Source: an uncultured virus (IMG/VR IMGVR_UViG_3300031857_023291) (taxonomy: Duplodnaviria > Heunggongvirae > Uroviricota > Caudoviricetes). Taken from it: a stretch of 64,000 nucleotides of DNA. Positions 9,221 to 19,717 of this stretch are shown here, in pieces. The stretch lies in IMG/VR virus record IMGVR_UViG_3300031857_023291; one strand, given 5' to 3'. Within the stretch, counting starts at the first letter, position 1. The number at the start of each line of letters is the position of its first letter. The position numbers and the translations under genes were made by a program. The notes beneath the pieces are model-generated. The model saw only the letters and a program-made list of their open reading frames with translations. It was not told the DNA's origin and made no database searches.

Positions 9221-11016
9221 TATGAAATTGTATTAGTCAACTGGTGTTTTACTAACTCTTTGTAATACTCACAATTTTCTAAAAGATAATCATGTGTTCC
9301 TTCGGCTAATAAAATTCCTTGTTTAAGCACAAATATCTTATCGCAATTTTTGACCGTAGAAAGACGATGTGCTATTATGATAGATGTCTTACCTTTGCTT
9401 ACTGCATCTATTGATTTTTGAACCACTCTCTCACTGACGGTGTCTAATGCTGAAGTGGCTTCATCAAATATTAATATTTCTGGATTTTTAGCCAAGGAAC
9501 GAGCAATCCCAATTCGTTGTTTTTCACCACCAGATACTTTGGCACCACGTTCTCCGACTATTGTGTCCCACCCGTGTTCCAGTTTTTTATAAAAAGCATC
9601 AATACGAGCCAGCTTTGCAATCTTATTTAATTCTTCATCTGAAAGAATTCTATCTGATCCGTATGAAATATTATCACGAATGCTTTTATCAAATAGATTT
9701 ACTTCCTGATCAACTGAACCAATTTTTTTTAAGAATGTTTTAAGTTCTAAATCTTTTAAGTTATGACCATTTACTAAAATTTCTCCTGATTGTGGATCAA
9801 AAGCTCTACGTATTAGATTTGCAATCGTTGATTTACCAGAACCACTTTCCCCAACAAAAGCAACCTTCTCACCTTCTTTAATTGTGAATGTAAGACCCTT
9901 CAATACCATTTCGGGTTGTAGTTCATCCACATCTTCATCTTTGTGATTTTTTTTTCTCTGAGGGTAACTAAATTCGACATTTTTAAATTCAATATCTCCG
10001 ATTAAATCTGATTTAATTGGATTTTCAGATTCTTGCACATCAGGTTTAATTTCGAGTAACTCAAAATATTTCTCTATATTTATTTTGTCGGTAATAAATT
10101 GCTTTTGCATATCAGTTATCATCCATAAAGACATTATAAAGTTCTGTGACCAAGTAAAGATAAGGAATATCGAACCAGCCGTTATGTAACCATTGAAAAG
10201 TAACCAAACTGCAAAAAGAATTGTTAAGTATCTGAAACCTGCAGTTCCAACTCTAATAAGAGTCAAAAGATTATTTCCCGGAATCCAAGTTCTCTCATAA
10301 GCATCCTGATGTAAATCTTGAACATCATCTAGTTCATTAAGAGACTTTTTTTCAGCCACTTCGTTTTTAATCAAGAAAACAAACCTGTATAATTCTGAAA
10401 TTGTTCTAGCAGTGTGATTTCTAGCATCTCTAACTTCTCGTAGTTTTGGTTGAAGGTATTTGTTGAATTTATAAACAGCCCATAGAAATAAAAATGACAC
10501 TAATAAATAAGCAAATCCTATGTATAGACTTATAGAGAATAACATGAAAATTGAAACTAAAAAATTAGCCACAGCAGGAAAAAGATGATAAACAAACATT
10601 TGAATTTGACCTTGAACAGAAGTAAAACCGGTCGTGATGATATTTTGTTTTACACCTGAGTGCTCATTTATATGTTGACCATTAGAAAATCCGAAATATT
10701 TAGAAATTGAATGATGATTCAAATGATTAGAAGCTTTTATATCAAGTTTTCTAATTTCTAAATTTCCTTGAAATCTAGATACCATTATTCTAAAGAATAC
10801 GCCTATTCCAGCTAATCCGGCAAACATTAAAGCTGTTGGTAGATATTCTTTATCATTCGAGTGTTTTTGAATTACATCAAATATATTACTCAAAAAATAC
10901 GTGTTTAGTGCTTCTATACCAACACCAACTAAAATGCAGATGAAAATTATCGCAATTGTTTTTCTAAAAGGTTTAGCAAATTGCCAAATCCTTCTAATTA
11001 GATTTAAATTGTTCAT
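9220..11016 (-). CDS. ABC exporter, fused TMD-NBD (MsbA/MdlB-like)
   Basis: N-terminal TM helices; Walker A GESGSGKST, signature VSGGEKQR, Walker B ILIFDEATSALD, IAHRLST. Confidence 0.9.
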   Translation of the reverse strand: MNNLNLIRRIWQFAKPFRKTIAIIFICILVGVGIEALNTYFLSNIFDVIQKHSNDKEYLPTALMFAGLAGIGVFFRIMVSRFQGNLEIRKLDIKASNHLNHHSISKYFGFSNGQHINEHSGVKQNIITTGFTSVQGQIQMFVYHLFPAVANFLVSIFMLFSISLYIGFAYLLVSFLFLWAVYKFNKYLQPKLREVRDARNHTARTISELYRFVFLIKNEVAEKKSLNELDDVQDLHQDAYERTWIPGNNLLTLIRVGTAGFRYLTILFAVWLLFNGYITAGSIFLIFTWSQNFIMSLWMITDMQKQFITDKINIEKYFELLEIKPDVQESENPIKSDLIGDIEFKNVEFSYPQRKKNHKDEDVDELQPEMVLKGLTFTIKEGEKVAFVGESGSGKSTIANLIRRAFDPQSGEILVNGHNLKDLELKTFLKKIGSVDQEVNLFDKSIRDNISYGSDRILSDEELNKIAKLARIDAFYKKLEHGWDTIVGERGAKVSGGEKQRIGIARSLAKNPEILIFDEATSALDTVSERVVQKSIDAVSKGKTSIIIAHRLSTVKNCDKIFVLKQGILLAEGTHDYLLENCEYYKELVKHQLTNTIS

Positions 11017-11060
11017 TAAATTTATTTTGAGATTATTTTATAATATAAAACACGAATTGT

Positions 11061-11399
11061 TTATTTCCAAAAAATTTGTATTAATAGTATTGCTATAGAT
11101 AAAATTAAACAGATACTAGTTTTAGCGTTTATACCTTCACCAAAAAGAAGAATAGACATTGCAGTGAAAACCACAATTCCAATAGAAAATCCTATTAACC
11201 TACCAGGCCATAGTTGACCATCACTCCATATATAAATGTTTCTTACAGATTCTATAAATAACCAGGTAATTGGAATCCCAGACAATAAAACTATCCATTT
11301 ATAGTCTTGTAATAGTTGATACTTCAGACTTCCTTGTATTTGAAAAAAAACAAGTATTTGAGCGATGATGCCAAAGAGTATTCCTAATAATAAATTCAT
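11061..11399 (-). CDS. small four-TM membrane protein (DMT/SMR-like)
   Basis: 112 aa, four hydrophobic segments, FGEGI near the C-terminus. Confidence 0.5.
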   Translation of the reverse strand: MNLLLGILFGIIAQILVFFQIQGSLKYQLLQDYKWIVLLSGIPITWLFIESVRNIYIWSDGQLWPGRLIGFSIGIVVFTAMSILLFGEGINAKTSICLILSIAILLIQIFWK

Positions 11400-11626
11400 T
11401 CTAATATCAATTTTAATTTATCTTCTCTCCATTCTTCTAATGTTATAAATCTACTTGAAGAATAGTTTACTTCAACACCTTTATCGTTTATGACGCAAAC
11501 ATCATTATAATCTGGTCTATCATAAGTTTGATAAACTTTTCCTTCAGTTAGGCTTTGCAATTTTCCACTACCACTTCCTGATATTGGTTTATTATTTATG
11601 CAAACTATTTTATAAGGTTTTTTCAT
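11396..11626 (-). CDS. small hypothetical protein with C-terminal EWREDKLKLIL tag
   Basis: VCINN...LTEGKVY...INDKG beta-type domain plus shared tag. Confidence 0.55.
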   Translation of the reverse strand: MKKPYKIVCINNKPISGSGSGKLQSLTEGKVYQTYDRPDYNDVCVINDKGVEVNYSSSRFITLEEWREDKLKLILE

Positions 11627-11677
11627 TTTTATTTTATATAATTTATATATACTAAAAATTAATAGAAGGATATATTA

Positions 11678-11935
11678 TCATATTCCTAAATCTTCTAATT
11701 TTAATTCTCTTTTTTCAGCTAATATCAAATCACGAAATCTACTAACATCTATGTGTTTTATTTCACCATTGTCACATTTTATTCTATAAAATAGACCACT
11801 TGGATCATCATATCTATGTGGTGAAAATGGTATGCTTTCGATTGTAATAACATCGTATACCTTATCAATAGTTAGTTTACTACGCAAATCGTGAAGAAGG
11901 TCCCAACTTTCATTAGAGATACACTTTACTTTCAT
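11678..11935 (-). CDS. small hypothetical protein with C-terminal [11 protein letters not shown] tag
   Basis: VKCISN...LTIDKVY...CDNG; paralog of 11396..11626. Confidence 0.55.
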   Translation of the reverse strand: MKVKCISNESWDLLHDLRSKLTIDKVYDVITIESIPFSPHRYDDPSGLFYRIKCDNGEIKHIDVSRFRDLILAEKRELKLEDLGI

Positions 11936-12825
11936 TCTTCAATAAAGTTTTTCATTTTCCAAGCTTCATAAGTATTTAGAATAAGACCAGATATAGTCAT
12001 TGGTCCAACCCCACCTGGAACCGGGGTAATCCAACTGGCTTTCTTTGATACCTCTTCAAAATCACAATCACCAACTAATTTACCACTTTCTAATCTATTG
12101 ATACCAACATCAATAACAACAACTCCTTCTTTAACCATATCTGAAGTTAATAATCCAGGTTTTCCAACAGCAACAATAACAATATCAGCCTTTTTAGTTT
12201 CTTCAATTAGAAGCTCTCTGGGTGTGTTTATATCACAAGAGGTAACAGTTGCTCGACCTATGTTAAAGTCATTACCTAACATAATAGAAATAGGTTTACC
12301 GACAATATTAGAACGACCAATGACAACAACATGTTTACCTTTTGTATCAATTTGATAGTGTTCAATTAGTTTAAGAATGCCATAAGCGGTTGCCGGTCTC
12401 ATTGCTTTTTGACCAAGTGACATCTTTCCAAAGTTAAGTGGATGAAATCCATCAATATCTTTGTAAGCACTTATTTCGTTTATAATTGATTCCGCCTTAA
12501 TATGTTGTGGTAATGGTAGTTGAACAATAAAGCCATCATAAGAAGATTTGTTTAATCTTTTTACTTCTTCTAATAATTCAAAATTAGTTATCGTTTCTGG
12601 AAATTTAATTACATTATAATTTATACCAGCTTTTTCACAGGCTTTAGTTTTTCCTTTTACATATGATTCAGATGCTGGATTATCACCAACAAGAACAATA
12701 GCCATACTTGGTTTTGATATTTGATATCCTAACTTTGATTTACTAATTTCTATATGACCTTCAATTTTATCTCTAATATCATTTAGAAGTTGAGTAGATA
12801 CTAATTTACCATCTAATATATTCAT
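11932..12825 (-). CDS. folD: methylenetetrahydrofolate dehydrogenase/cyclohydrolase
   Basis: [55 protein letters not shown]. Confidence 0.95.
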   Translation of the reverse strand: MNILDGKLVSTQLLNDIRDKIEGHIEISKSKLGYQISKPSMAIVLVGDNPASESYVKGKTKACEKAGINYNVIKFPETITNFELLEEVKRLNKSSYDGFIVQLPLPQHIKAESIINEISAYKDIDGFHPLNFGKMSLGQKAMRPATAYGILKLIEHYQIDTKGKHVVVIGRSNIVGKPISIMLGNDFNIGRATVTSCDINTPRELLIEETKKADIVIVAVGKPGLLTSDMVKEGVVVIDVGINRLESGKLVGDCDFEEVSKKASWITPVPGGVGPMTISGLILNTYEAWKMKNFIEE

Positions 12826-13020
12826 ATAATTTAAATTTTACCCAAAGTGACAGACATCATTTATACATCCGTGAAATCTGTAACCTCTGTTGAAGTATTC
12901 TTTTTCTTTTTTTGTTCTCTTTGTTATTATAATTGAGTTTTTCGTGGTAAATTTCGGTAATTAACTGTAGGCGCAATCATAATTCCTATTGTTATCCCAC
13001 CAACTAAATACACTACCATA

Positions 13021-13383
13021 TTATTCCATCGTTTTTATTGTTGCTACTCTTTCAACAAGAGGTCCCCATACCCCTTTATAAGTAACACCCATAACTTTTC
13101 TATTGTCTATCCAACAATAAACATCTTCATCATTTAAACATCTTGGTTTATTCATAATAAGACCGTGGTATTTAAATCCATTATCATCTAACCATTTTAT
13201 GGTTACTTCTCTATCTTTTTCTTCACGAGCTGTAAAGAATGTGATATGATGTCCTTCATCATACCACTTGTTAATTTGTTCAAGTGATCCTTCAATCACT
13301 TTTGCTGTAGGATATAAATGAGAATCTTCATTCATTATATCATCACAACAAGTTCCGTCTATGTCTATTAAAAATACTTTCAT
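13021..13383 (-). CDS. small capless HAD-superfamily phosphatase-like protein
   Basis: LIDIDGT motif I, FFTAR motif II, KPR and WIDN. Confidence 0.7.
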   Translation of the reverse strand: MKVFLIDIDGTCCDDIMNEDSHLYPTAKVIEGSLEQINKWYDEGHHITFFTAREEKDREVTIKWLDDNGFKYHGLIMNKPRCLNDEDVYCWIDNRKVMGVTYKGVWGPLVERVATIKTME

Positions 13384-14411
13384 TAGATTGAGTTTAATTC
13401 GTGAATACTTTGTCTGTTAACTAATCCCCAGATAGACTTACCAATAATTCTATCACAAGAAATAACTTTCATTTTTGTTTCTACTGGATCCATCCACACA
13501 CCTGAGACATAGGAAGATTTCCCATCATTACGTGAAGAATCCTTCTCATTTATAAGTGGAATACTATCAGATACTAACAACTCAGTGATTTTAGAGTTAT
13601 AAAGGTTCTCGATTGCTTTACCACTTAGAATGCCGTGAGTAGCGATACATCTAACAGACTTAGCACCTTTCTCAATAAGTAGTTCAGCTGCTTTACACAT
13701 TGTTCCTAATGTATCAGCCATATCATCTACAATAACAACATTACGACCAGTAACATCACCGACAAGTTCCATTGAATGAATCTCATTTGGTTTGATACGT
13801 TTCTTATTAATCATTGCAAATGTTGAGTCTGGAAAAGCTTTACAGAAATCAGAAGCTCTTTTAACAGCACCTTGGTCAGGAGCCACTATTGTTAAATCTT
13901 CAATAGCATTTTCTTTGATGTAGTCAATAAAGATTTTATTTCCATTTAAGTGAATAACAGGAACATTATAAAATCCTTGAATAGCAGAAGCATGTAAGTC
14001 GATTGTGATAATTCTATTCATACCAGCCGCAGTAAGAACATCGGCTAACATTTTAGAACCAATTGAAGAACGCAAGTGGTCTGTTTTATCTTGACGAGAG
14101 TAAGATTGGAAAGGAGCAACTAATGTAAATGATTTACAACCGGCTCTTTTAGCGGCATCGATAACAAGTAAAGTTTCCATTATGTTATCAGAACTATTTG
14201 TTGTTTGGACAAAGAATACATCTTCGTCTCGGACAGATTCTTGAAATAATGGTAGAATTTCACCATCTGAGAATTTGTCAATTTTTAATTTACCTGGTGT
14301 AATTTCTTCATCAACTATACCCATAGAAGAGTATTTAAGTTGTTGTTTGTTTAAAATTACACAGATTTTATCTGTTAGTTTTTGACTTGATGATCCGCTA
14401 AAAATTTTCAT
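13383..14411 (-). CDS. prs: ribose-phosphate pyrophosphokinase
   Basis: FSDGE, YSRQDK, TIDLHA..IQGFY, APDQGAVKRA, VDDMADTLGT, THGILSG. Confidence 0.92.
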   Translation of the reverse strand: MKIFSGSSSQKLTDKICVILNKQQLKYSSMGIVDEEITPGKLKIDKFSDGEILPLFQESVRDEDVFFVQTTNSSDNIMETLLVIDAAKRAGCKSFTLVAPFQSYSRQDKTDHLRSSIGSKMLADVLTAAGMNRIITIDLHASAIQGFYNVPVIHLNGNKIFIDYIKENAIEDLTIVAPDQGAVKRASDFCKAFPDSTFAMINKKRIKPNEIHSMELVGDVTGRNVVIVDDMADTLGTMCKAAELLIEKGAKSVRCIATHGILSGKAIENLYNSKITELLVSDSIPLINEKDSSRNDGKSSYVSGVWMDPVETKMKVISCDRIIGKSIWGLVNRQSIHELNSI

Positions 14412-15090
14412 TTAATTTATTTTTTAATTTATTAATATTCATACTTATATCACCAGGTGCTTGTTTTGGTTTATATGAAGCCTTAATTTCGGAGTTTGTT
14501 TTTTTTACTAGGTCATAAATAGATTTTAATTCAGTGCCTACATTGTAAACACCTGTAGCATTTGAAGCTACTAATTTAATAATTAAATCTGAAATAACAT
14601 CTACATAATCACAATTAGTTTTGATATCAAACCAGGCATTATCATACGGAAAAGGATTGGGTTTGTGTGATAGTCTACACACAAGATAATTTTTACTACG
14701 TAGTTGCACCAATGCATCACCAACAAGTTTTGTATAACCATACCATGTTCCTAAATGTACAGGAACATCTTCTTCTGTTGCATTGCTGATGGAATTTGTG
14801 TAGATGTAGTCAGTCGAGATATGAACCAATTTTTTATTGTTAATATTACAAAAATCAATCAGTTTATCTACGAAAGATAGATTTAGTAGCCAATTTTTTT
14901 CTTTGTCGATATCATAAGTTTTCGTGAAAGCTATGCAATTAATTATAATATCATATTGTAAAATCTGATTTGACCAATTTTCGAACTGATTAGCATCTAT
15001 ACCATCTTTTTTTCTTGAAATAAACTTCCAATTCGTTTGATTTACTATTTCAGAACCTAAAAGACCATCACCTAATACAATAATATTCAT
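14398..15090 (-). CDS. dTDP-4-dehydrorhamnose reductase-like (RmlD-like) SDR
   Basis: GDGLLG, NCIAFT, HISTDY, YGYTK (YxxxK). Confidence 0.75.
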   Translation of the reverse strand: MNIIVLGDGLLGSEIVNQTNWKFISRKKDGIDANQFENWSNQILQYDIIINCIAFTKTYDIDKEKNWLLNLSFVDKLIDFCNINNKKLVHISTDYIYTNSISNATEEDVPVHLGTWYGYTKLVGDALVQLRSKNYLVCRLSHKPNPFPYDNAWFDIKTNCDYVDVISDLIIKLVASNATGVYNVGTELKSIYDLVKKTNSEIKASYKPKQAPGDISMNINKLKNKLNENF

Positions 15091-15091
15091 G

Positions 15092-16375
15092 TTAAAACTT
15101 TTTTATTACATCTTCTATATACTCGAATACACTTTCATTATAATGTGGTGCGGCACCAATGAAAAATACTTTATCTAAAACTTTGTTAGACTCTGGATAT
15201 TTAGTATAATCGTCTAAAAATTTATAACCAGGATGTAGTAGTATATTACCTGCAAAATAATTTCTTGTTTGAATTTTGTTTTTTTCTAAATAGTCAACTA
15301 ATTTATGTTTAAGACCTTCTTCTTGACAAATGAATGGTGTTCCAAACCAACAAGTATTTGCGTGCTCTAACATTTTAGGTGTTGAAATATTCTCAATGTT
15401 ATCAGTGAATATTTTTGAAATAACTTCCTTAGATAATTTTCTTTTTGATTCAATTTCATCTAACTTCTTTAGCTGCTCTAAGCCAATTGCACCTTGTAAG
15501 TCTAATGGTTTAAGGTTATAACCCATCTCGGAGAATACATATTTATGATCCATGATACCATCGTATGATTCTAACCACTTATCAAATCGATTACCGCAAG
15601 TGCCACAACTTAATAGGTTTGCCGAACCAATACAATAACAATCTCTACCCCACCAAGAAATACTAACAAATAGTTTTTTTAATTCATCATCATTTGTGCA
15701 AACCATTCCACCCTCACCAGTTGATATGTGATGGGCCGGATAAAATGAGTTTGAAAACGCGACATAATATTCATTCAAATACTTTCCTCTCCATTTTGAA
15801 CCTAAACTATCACAATTATCACCGACAAGTTTTAAATCATATTTCTCACAGATTTCTATAAGTTTGTCAAAATCAGGTGGATTGCCTAAAACAGGTGAAA
15901 CAAAGATAGCTTTAGTTTTTTTTGTTATTTTTTTTTCTACTTCTCCTAAGTCAAAGTTCAATGTTTCCCATTCAATATCGGCAAAAACAGGTTTCAACCT
16001 GTGTTGATACAAAACCGAAATAGTTGTTGGGAAACCAACAGGCGAAACTATAACTTCATCATCATCTTGCCAATCAAATCTCCTTTTCAAAGCAGCAATC
16101 AGAACTAAATTAGCCGAACTGCCTGAGTTTACCATATGAGAGTGCTTTACATTAAATCTTTTTGAGAATTCTAATTCAAATTTATAAACTTTTTCACCTG
16201 TAGTAATCCATTTCCCATTAAGAAAAGCGTTTATTGCAGCTTCGGTTTCATTATTGTCCCAATAAGGTCCAGAATAATATATCGGTGTCTTTCCACCAAT
16301 AAATTCTTTAGAGTTATAAATGTATGGAGATACGTGATTCCCTACTAAATTTTGTATTTTTTCAAATTCTATCAT
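15092..16375 (-). CDS. rfbH: CDP-4-keto-6-deoxyglucose 3-dehydrase-like PLP/PMP enzyme (RfbH/DdhC)
   Basis: VNSGSSANL, DNCDSLGS, SFYPAHHISTGEGG (His in place of Lys), WGRDCYC...CG..F Fe-S motif, HKY, GYNLK. Confidence 0.85.
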   Translation of the reverse strand: MIEFEKIQNLVGNHVSPYIYNSKEFIGGKTPIYYSGPYWDNNETEAAINAFLNGKWITTGEKVYKFELEFSKRFNVKHSHMVNSGSSANLVLIAALKRRFDWQDDDEVIVSPVGFPTTISVLYQHRLKPVFADIEWETLNFDLGEVEKKITKKTKAIFVSPVLGNPPDFDKLIEICEKYDLKLVGDNCDSLGSKWRGKYLNEYYVAFSNSFYPAHHISTGEGGMVCTNDDELKKLFVSISWWGRDCYCIGSANLLSCGTCGNRFDKWLESYDGIMDHKYVFSEMGYNLKPLDLQGAIGLEQLKKLDEIESKRKLSKEVISKIFTDNIENISTPKMLEHANTCWFGTPFICQEEGLKHKLVDYLEKNKIQTRNYFAGNILLHPGYKFLDDYTKYPESNKVLDKVFFIGAAPHYNESVFEYIEDVIKKF

Positions 16376-16381
16376 AGTATT

Positions 16382-17719
16382 TTAATTTGTTAAATCATAA
16401 AAGTTTACAATGTTGGTGTCAATTATTTGACAATTAGCAAATCTTGAACTTTTATTTATTGTTTTATCTATATCTAAGTATGGTATTTTTACTCTCAAAT
16501 CAGACATCAGTAAACTATCATCAATTTTAAAAACATTTGCTTGATTTGTTAAGACACTATAAATTTTATCGTTAATGATAATTTCTTTGATGTTAAAATC
16601 ATTAGTTGTAAAAACAATTAATTCTAAATCTTTATACTTCGATCTTTCTAAATATGTGTGTGTAGAAAATTCATCAGAATATTCTTTAATATGATGTAAA
16701 TCAACCATTTGAATTTTATCAATAATATTTTTATAAAAAAGTGATTCTATATTAGCTCTTTTAAGTAAGAGTTCTGAAGAACTTAAAACAACCTTTAAGA
16801 AGCACTCAAAAATTGCAAAGCCATAAGATAAATATTTTTCTTTACCATTAATATATTTGAAAATATTTAGAAATTTATCAGTCTTTACTGATAGAAAATT
16901 ACCATCTATTCTGTTTTCATAACCTTCATAAAAGTAGTGATAGATATCATATTTTTTTAAGTAGTTATAGTGTTTTTGTAATAAATTATTATCATAAATA
17001 ATACAATCATAATGTATTAAATGTGCAACTTTGAATCCATTTACATGTGCCAATCCAACACCAGTTTTCATAAGATTTAACACAGCTAACGCGTGATTAT
17101 CATAATTGTGTTCATGGTAATAACCTGAGTAAGAAGCATATGCAAAAGTTCTACCTCTACCATCAAACTCGTCAGGTTTAATCATTTCATTTTTTTTATC
17201 AAAAACGAAAAAATCACACATTTCTAAAATTTCATCACATACATTGATATGAGAAACTAATATTACTTTTTGATTTTGTCTTTTTAAGTTATAGATACAT
17301 TCTTTGAGAGTTTCAATTTTATTTTCTGTGTTACAATGTGCAAGCACTATGCAAACCTCATCATCTACAACCAAAACATCTTTTTTTATTTTTTGATTTA
17401 AACCATCAATATCATTTATTAACTCTAAACCGTATGTATAGTTTAACAAATCAATTGTTTTATAAGAAATATCACAAATTTCGAATAAGTATTTTAATTC
17501 ATTATGATAAATAAATCTTGAATCTTTAGGTATGTCAATGTTTGTGAAAATATTTATTTCTAAAATTTCGTTTTGAAATGAGCTAATTAACTCGAAGTAA
17601 TCAGTGAGATTGTTTTCATTGACAACAAATAAAACTTGTAATTTGTTTTCATCCAAACCAATCTCTTTAAGGGTTTTTATGCGCAGAAATTTTCTTCTTT
17701 TTGGTTTTATCAACATCAC
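16382..17719 (-). CDS. hypothetical protein, possibly glycosyltransferase-like
   Basis: Lies in the sugar cluster; ILVSH, IHYD motifs; N-terminal LRIKTLKEIGL resembles the shared tag. Confidence 0.4.
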   Translation of the reverse strand: MMLIKPKRRKFLRIKTLKEIGLDENKLQVLFVVNENNLTDYFELISSFQNEILEINIFTNIDIPKDSRFIYHNELKYLFEICDISYKTIDLLNYTYGLELINDIDGLNQKIKKDVLVVDDEVCIVLAHCNTENKIETLKECIYNLKRQNQKVILVSHINVCDEILEMCDFFVFDKKNEMIKPDEFDGRGRTFAYASYSGYYHEHNYDNHALAVLNLMKTGVGLAHVNGFKVAHLIHYDCIIYDNNLLQKHYNYLKKYDIYHYFYEGYENRIDGNFLSVKTDKFLNIFKYINGKEKYLSYGFAIFECFLKVVLSSSELLLKRANIESLFYKNIIDKIQMVDLHHIKEYSDEFSTHTYLERSKYKDLELIVFTTNDFNIKEIIINDKIYSVLTNQANVFKIDDSLLMSDLRVKIPYLDIDKTINKSSRFANCQIIDTNIVNFYDLTN

Positions 17720-18072
17720 TTTAACAAATGTTTTAGTTGAGCCTCTCTCATTTTCGAGACACTAACGCTAAATCTTGGTTTCATTTCTTTAAGAAAATAT
17801 TTAAAGTTTGGTGGATAAGAAATTATTTCAATCTCTTTTTTAACGGTTTGAAATTTACCATTAAAAAAACCACCAACCTTTTTGGTTATTGTTTTTTTCT
17901 GAGGTTTGGTTCTATTGTTAATTTTCTTTTCTCTTTTCCAAGCAAAAAGTAAATCATATTGCTGTTGATTGTTTAAAGCATCAAACCAAAAAATGTTTTT
18001 ACCCATCTTATTTCTAAGTGAATTTAACTCTTTTTCGTGTTGTCTACGCTTCTTTTCTTTATTTGATAACAT
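17716..18072 (-). CDS. basic hypothetical protein with C-terminal REAQLKHLL tag
   Basis: Start placed at MLSNKE just downstream of a TATATTTG element (18077-18084). Confidence 0.55.
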   Translation of the reverse strand: MLSNKEKKRRQHEKELNSLRNKMGKNIFWFDALNNQQQYDLLFAWKREKKINNRTKPQKKTITKKVGGFFNGKFQTVKKEIEIISYPPNFKYFLKEMKPRFSVSVSKMREAQLKHLLK

Positions 18073-18095
18073 GTGACAAATATAATAAATTATTT

Positions 18096-18941
18096 TTAAT
18101 CCTCTGATACTGCTCTTCCAATTTGTTTTTCCCAATCTTTATCTGAACGAACTTCTTTATTCTTATACATTGTAGCAGATAACATAGTTGTTGATATATT
18201 CATTGAGTCACCGACATATTTTAGAGCTGCTACATCTTTTGGAAAACAATGTCCGCCATAACCGAAGTCACCGTCTGGTCCTGGGACTGACCAGTGAGAA
18301 TTACCTAAACGATCATCATATCTCGCATATTCAATTACTTTATCATAGTCAATATTTAATCCTTCACAAATCTGATACATTTCATTAGCAAATGAAACTT
18401 TAGTTGCTAAAAAAGTATTTGTAACATATTTAATCATTTCTGCAATTGTTGAGGAAGTCTTTACAATAGGAACTTTTGGGAAAGCCTTTTCAAAGACTTT
18501 TTTAACTTTTGATGAGTATGGTCTATCACCACCGACAATAATTCTATTTTGATTTTTATAATCATCAACGGCATTTGCTTCTGTTAAAAACTCAGGATTA
18601 AAAACTATGTTTAAGTTGTCATTTTCTTTATTTAATAAATCAGTTGTTCCAGGTGGTATTGTTGACTTTATGATAACAATAAAATCTTTTTTATTCAATG
18701 ATTTAACTATCATATCTACTTGTGATAAACAATTCTTCACTATCGATAAGTCACACTCTCCTGATTTTCTCATTGGTGTTGGTAAGCATAAAAAAGTCAT
18801 ATCTACTTTTTCAATAAGATTGAAAAGTGAAGACTCTGTACAATTACCATTGATGTCAAAAGTTGAGACATCAAAATAGTTTTTCATTCCTTGATAAACA
18901 GCGCCACCAACGAATCCCTGTCCTATAATTCCTAATTTCAT
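18096..18941 (-). CDS. UDP-glucose/GDP-mannose dehydrogenase family protein, short form
   Basis: GQGFVG, CLPTP, IKSTIPPGT, FNPEFL, AEMIKY..N.FLA.KVSFANE, GYGGHCFPKD. Confidence 0.85.
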   Translation of the reverse strand: MKLGIIGQGFVGGAVYQGMKNYFDVSTFDINGNCTESSLFNLIEKVDMTFLCLPTPMRKSGECDLSIVKNCLSQVDMIVKSLNKKDFIVIIKSTIPPGTTDLLNKENDNLNIVFNPEFLTEANAVDDYKNQNRIIVGGDRPYSSKVKKVFEKAFPKVPIVKTSSTIAEMIKYVTNTFLATKVSFANEMYQICEGLNIDYDKVIEYARYDDRLGNSHWSVPGPDGDFGYGGHCFPKDVAALKYVGDSMNISTTMLSATMYKNKEVRSDKDWEKQIGRAVSED

Positions 18942-19171
18942 TTTAATATATTTAAAATTTTTTTATTTCTCCATTCATCTTTAGTTAAGAATATTTTTCC
19001 GAAATCAGTGTAATGTACTTTGAAAGTTTTACCATTTTTATCGAAAGTGTATAATCTCAATGAATAGTGTGAATATATCGTAACTATTTCACCTTCATTA
19101 AAATAATTTTTTAATTTCTTTGTAAAGAAAATTCCGTAAATATTAGACCTTTCTACAAGAAACTGATCCAT
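18938..19171 (-). CDS. small hypothetical protein with C-terminal EWRNKKILNIL tag
   Basis: ORF track; shared C-terminal motif. Confidence 0.55.
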   Translation of the reverse strand: MDQFLVERSNIYGIFFTKKLKNYFNEGEIVTIYSHYSLRLYTFDKNGKTFKVHYTDFGKIFLTKDEWRNKKILNILK

Positions 19172-19172
19172 A

Positions 19173-19646
19173 TTATTTTTTATTCAATATTTTCTTCAAA
19201 TTAGCCGGTGAATAATTAATTGATTTCAAGACTTTATTATCAGATGTTCTATAAACTACCCATTTGCCATTTATTTTATTAAAATGACTTTCTGTACCAT
19301 CTTTTTGTTTATAATGTGATGTAGTTTCAGTTGCTTCTTGTATACTTTCACAAGCTTTTGACATATTACTTCTTTGAACTTCATTGAATAATTTATGAAA
19401 CTTATCACCTAATCCAAACTCTAACACGGCACCTGAAAGTACATACTGAATATCACAGAGAGCATCGGCGATTTCTACGATGTCTTTATTTTCAATAGCT
19501 TCTTTCAATTCGTTTAATTCTTCTTGCAATAGCGATACTCTTAATTGACATCTTTCTTCAGATGGTATTGTTGGCTTTTCTAAAATTGGAGCGTCAAAAG
19601 TTTTATGAAACTCAGCAACCTGATTTAATGAATCTATTTTTTTCAT
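19173..19646 (-). CDS. MazG-like/HisE-like nucleoside triphosphate pyrophosphohydrolase
   Basis: VAEFHKTF, LLQEELNEL, EIADALCDIQYV, EVQRSNMSK, KVLKS. Confidence 0.85.
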   Translation of the reverse strand: MKKIDSLNQVAEFHKTFDAPILEKPTIPSEERCQLRVSLLQEELNELKEAIENKDIVEIADALCDIQYVLSGAVLEFGLGDKFHKLFNEVQRSNMSKACESIQEATETTSHYKQKDGTESHFNKINGKWVVYRTSDNKVLKSINYSPANLKKILNKK

Positions 19647-19717
19647 ATCAGTTATATCGTTTTTTTAAATTATAGTTTTAAAAGTTAATATATAAAGAGT
19701 AAAAATTATTTTATACT

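Noticed and set aside
13383..14411. NARP1 NAD+ reconstitution pathway
   Set aside because: The protein looks like canonical Prs and no Nampt/Namat-like gene is in the window; cannot be excluded genome-wide.
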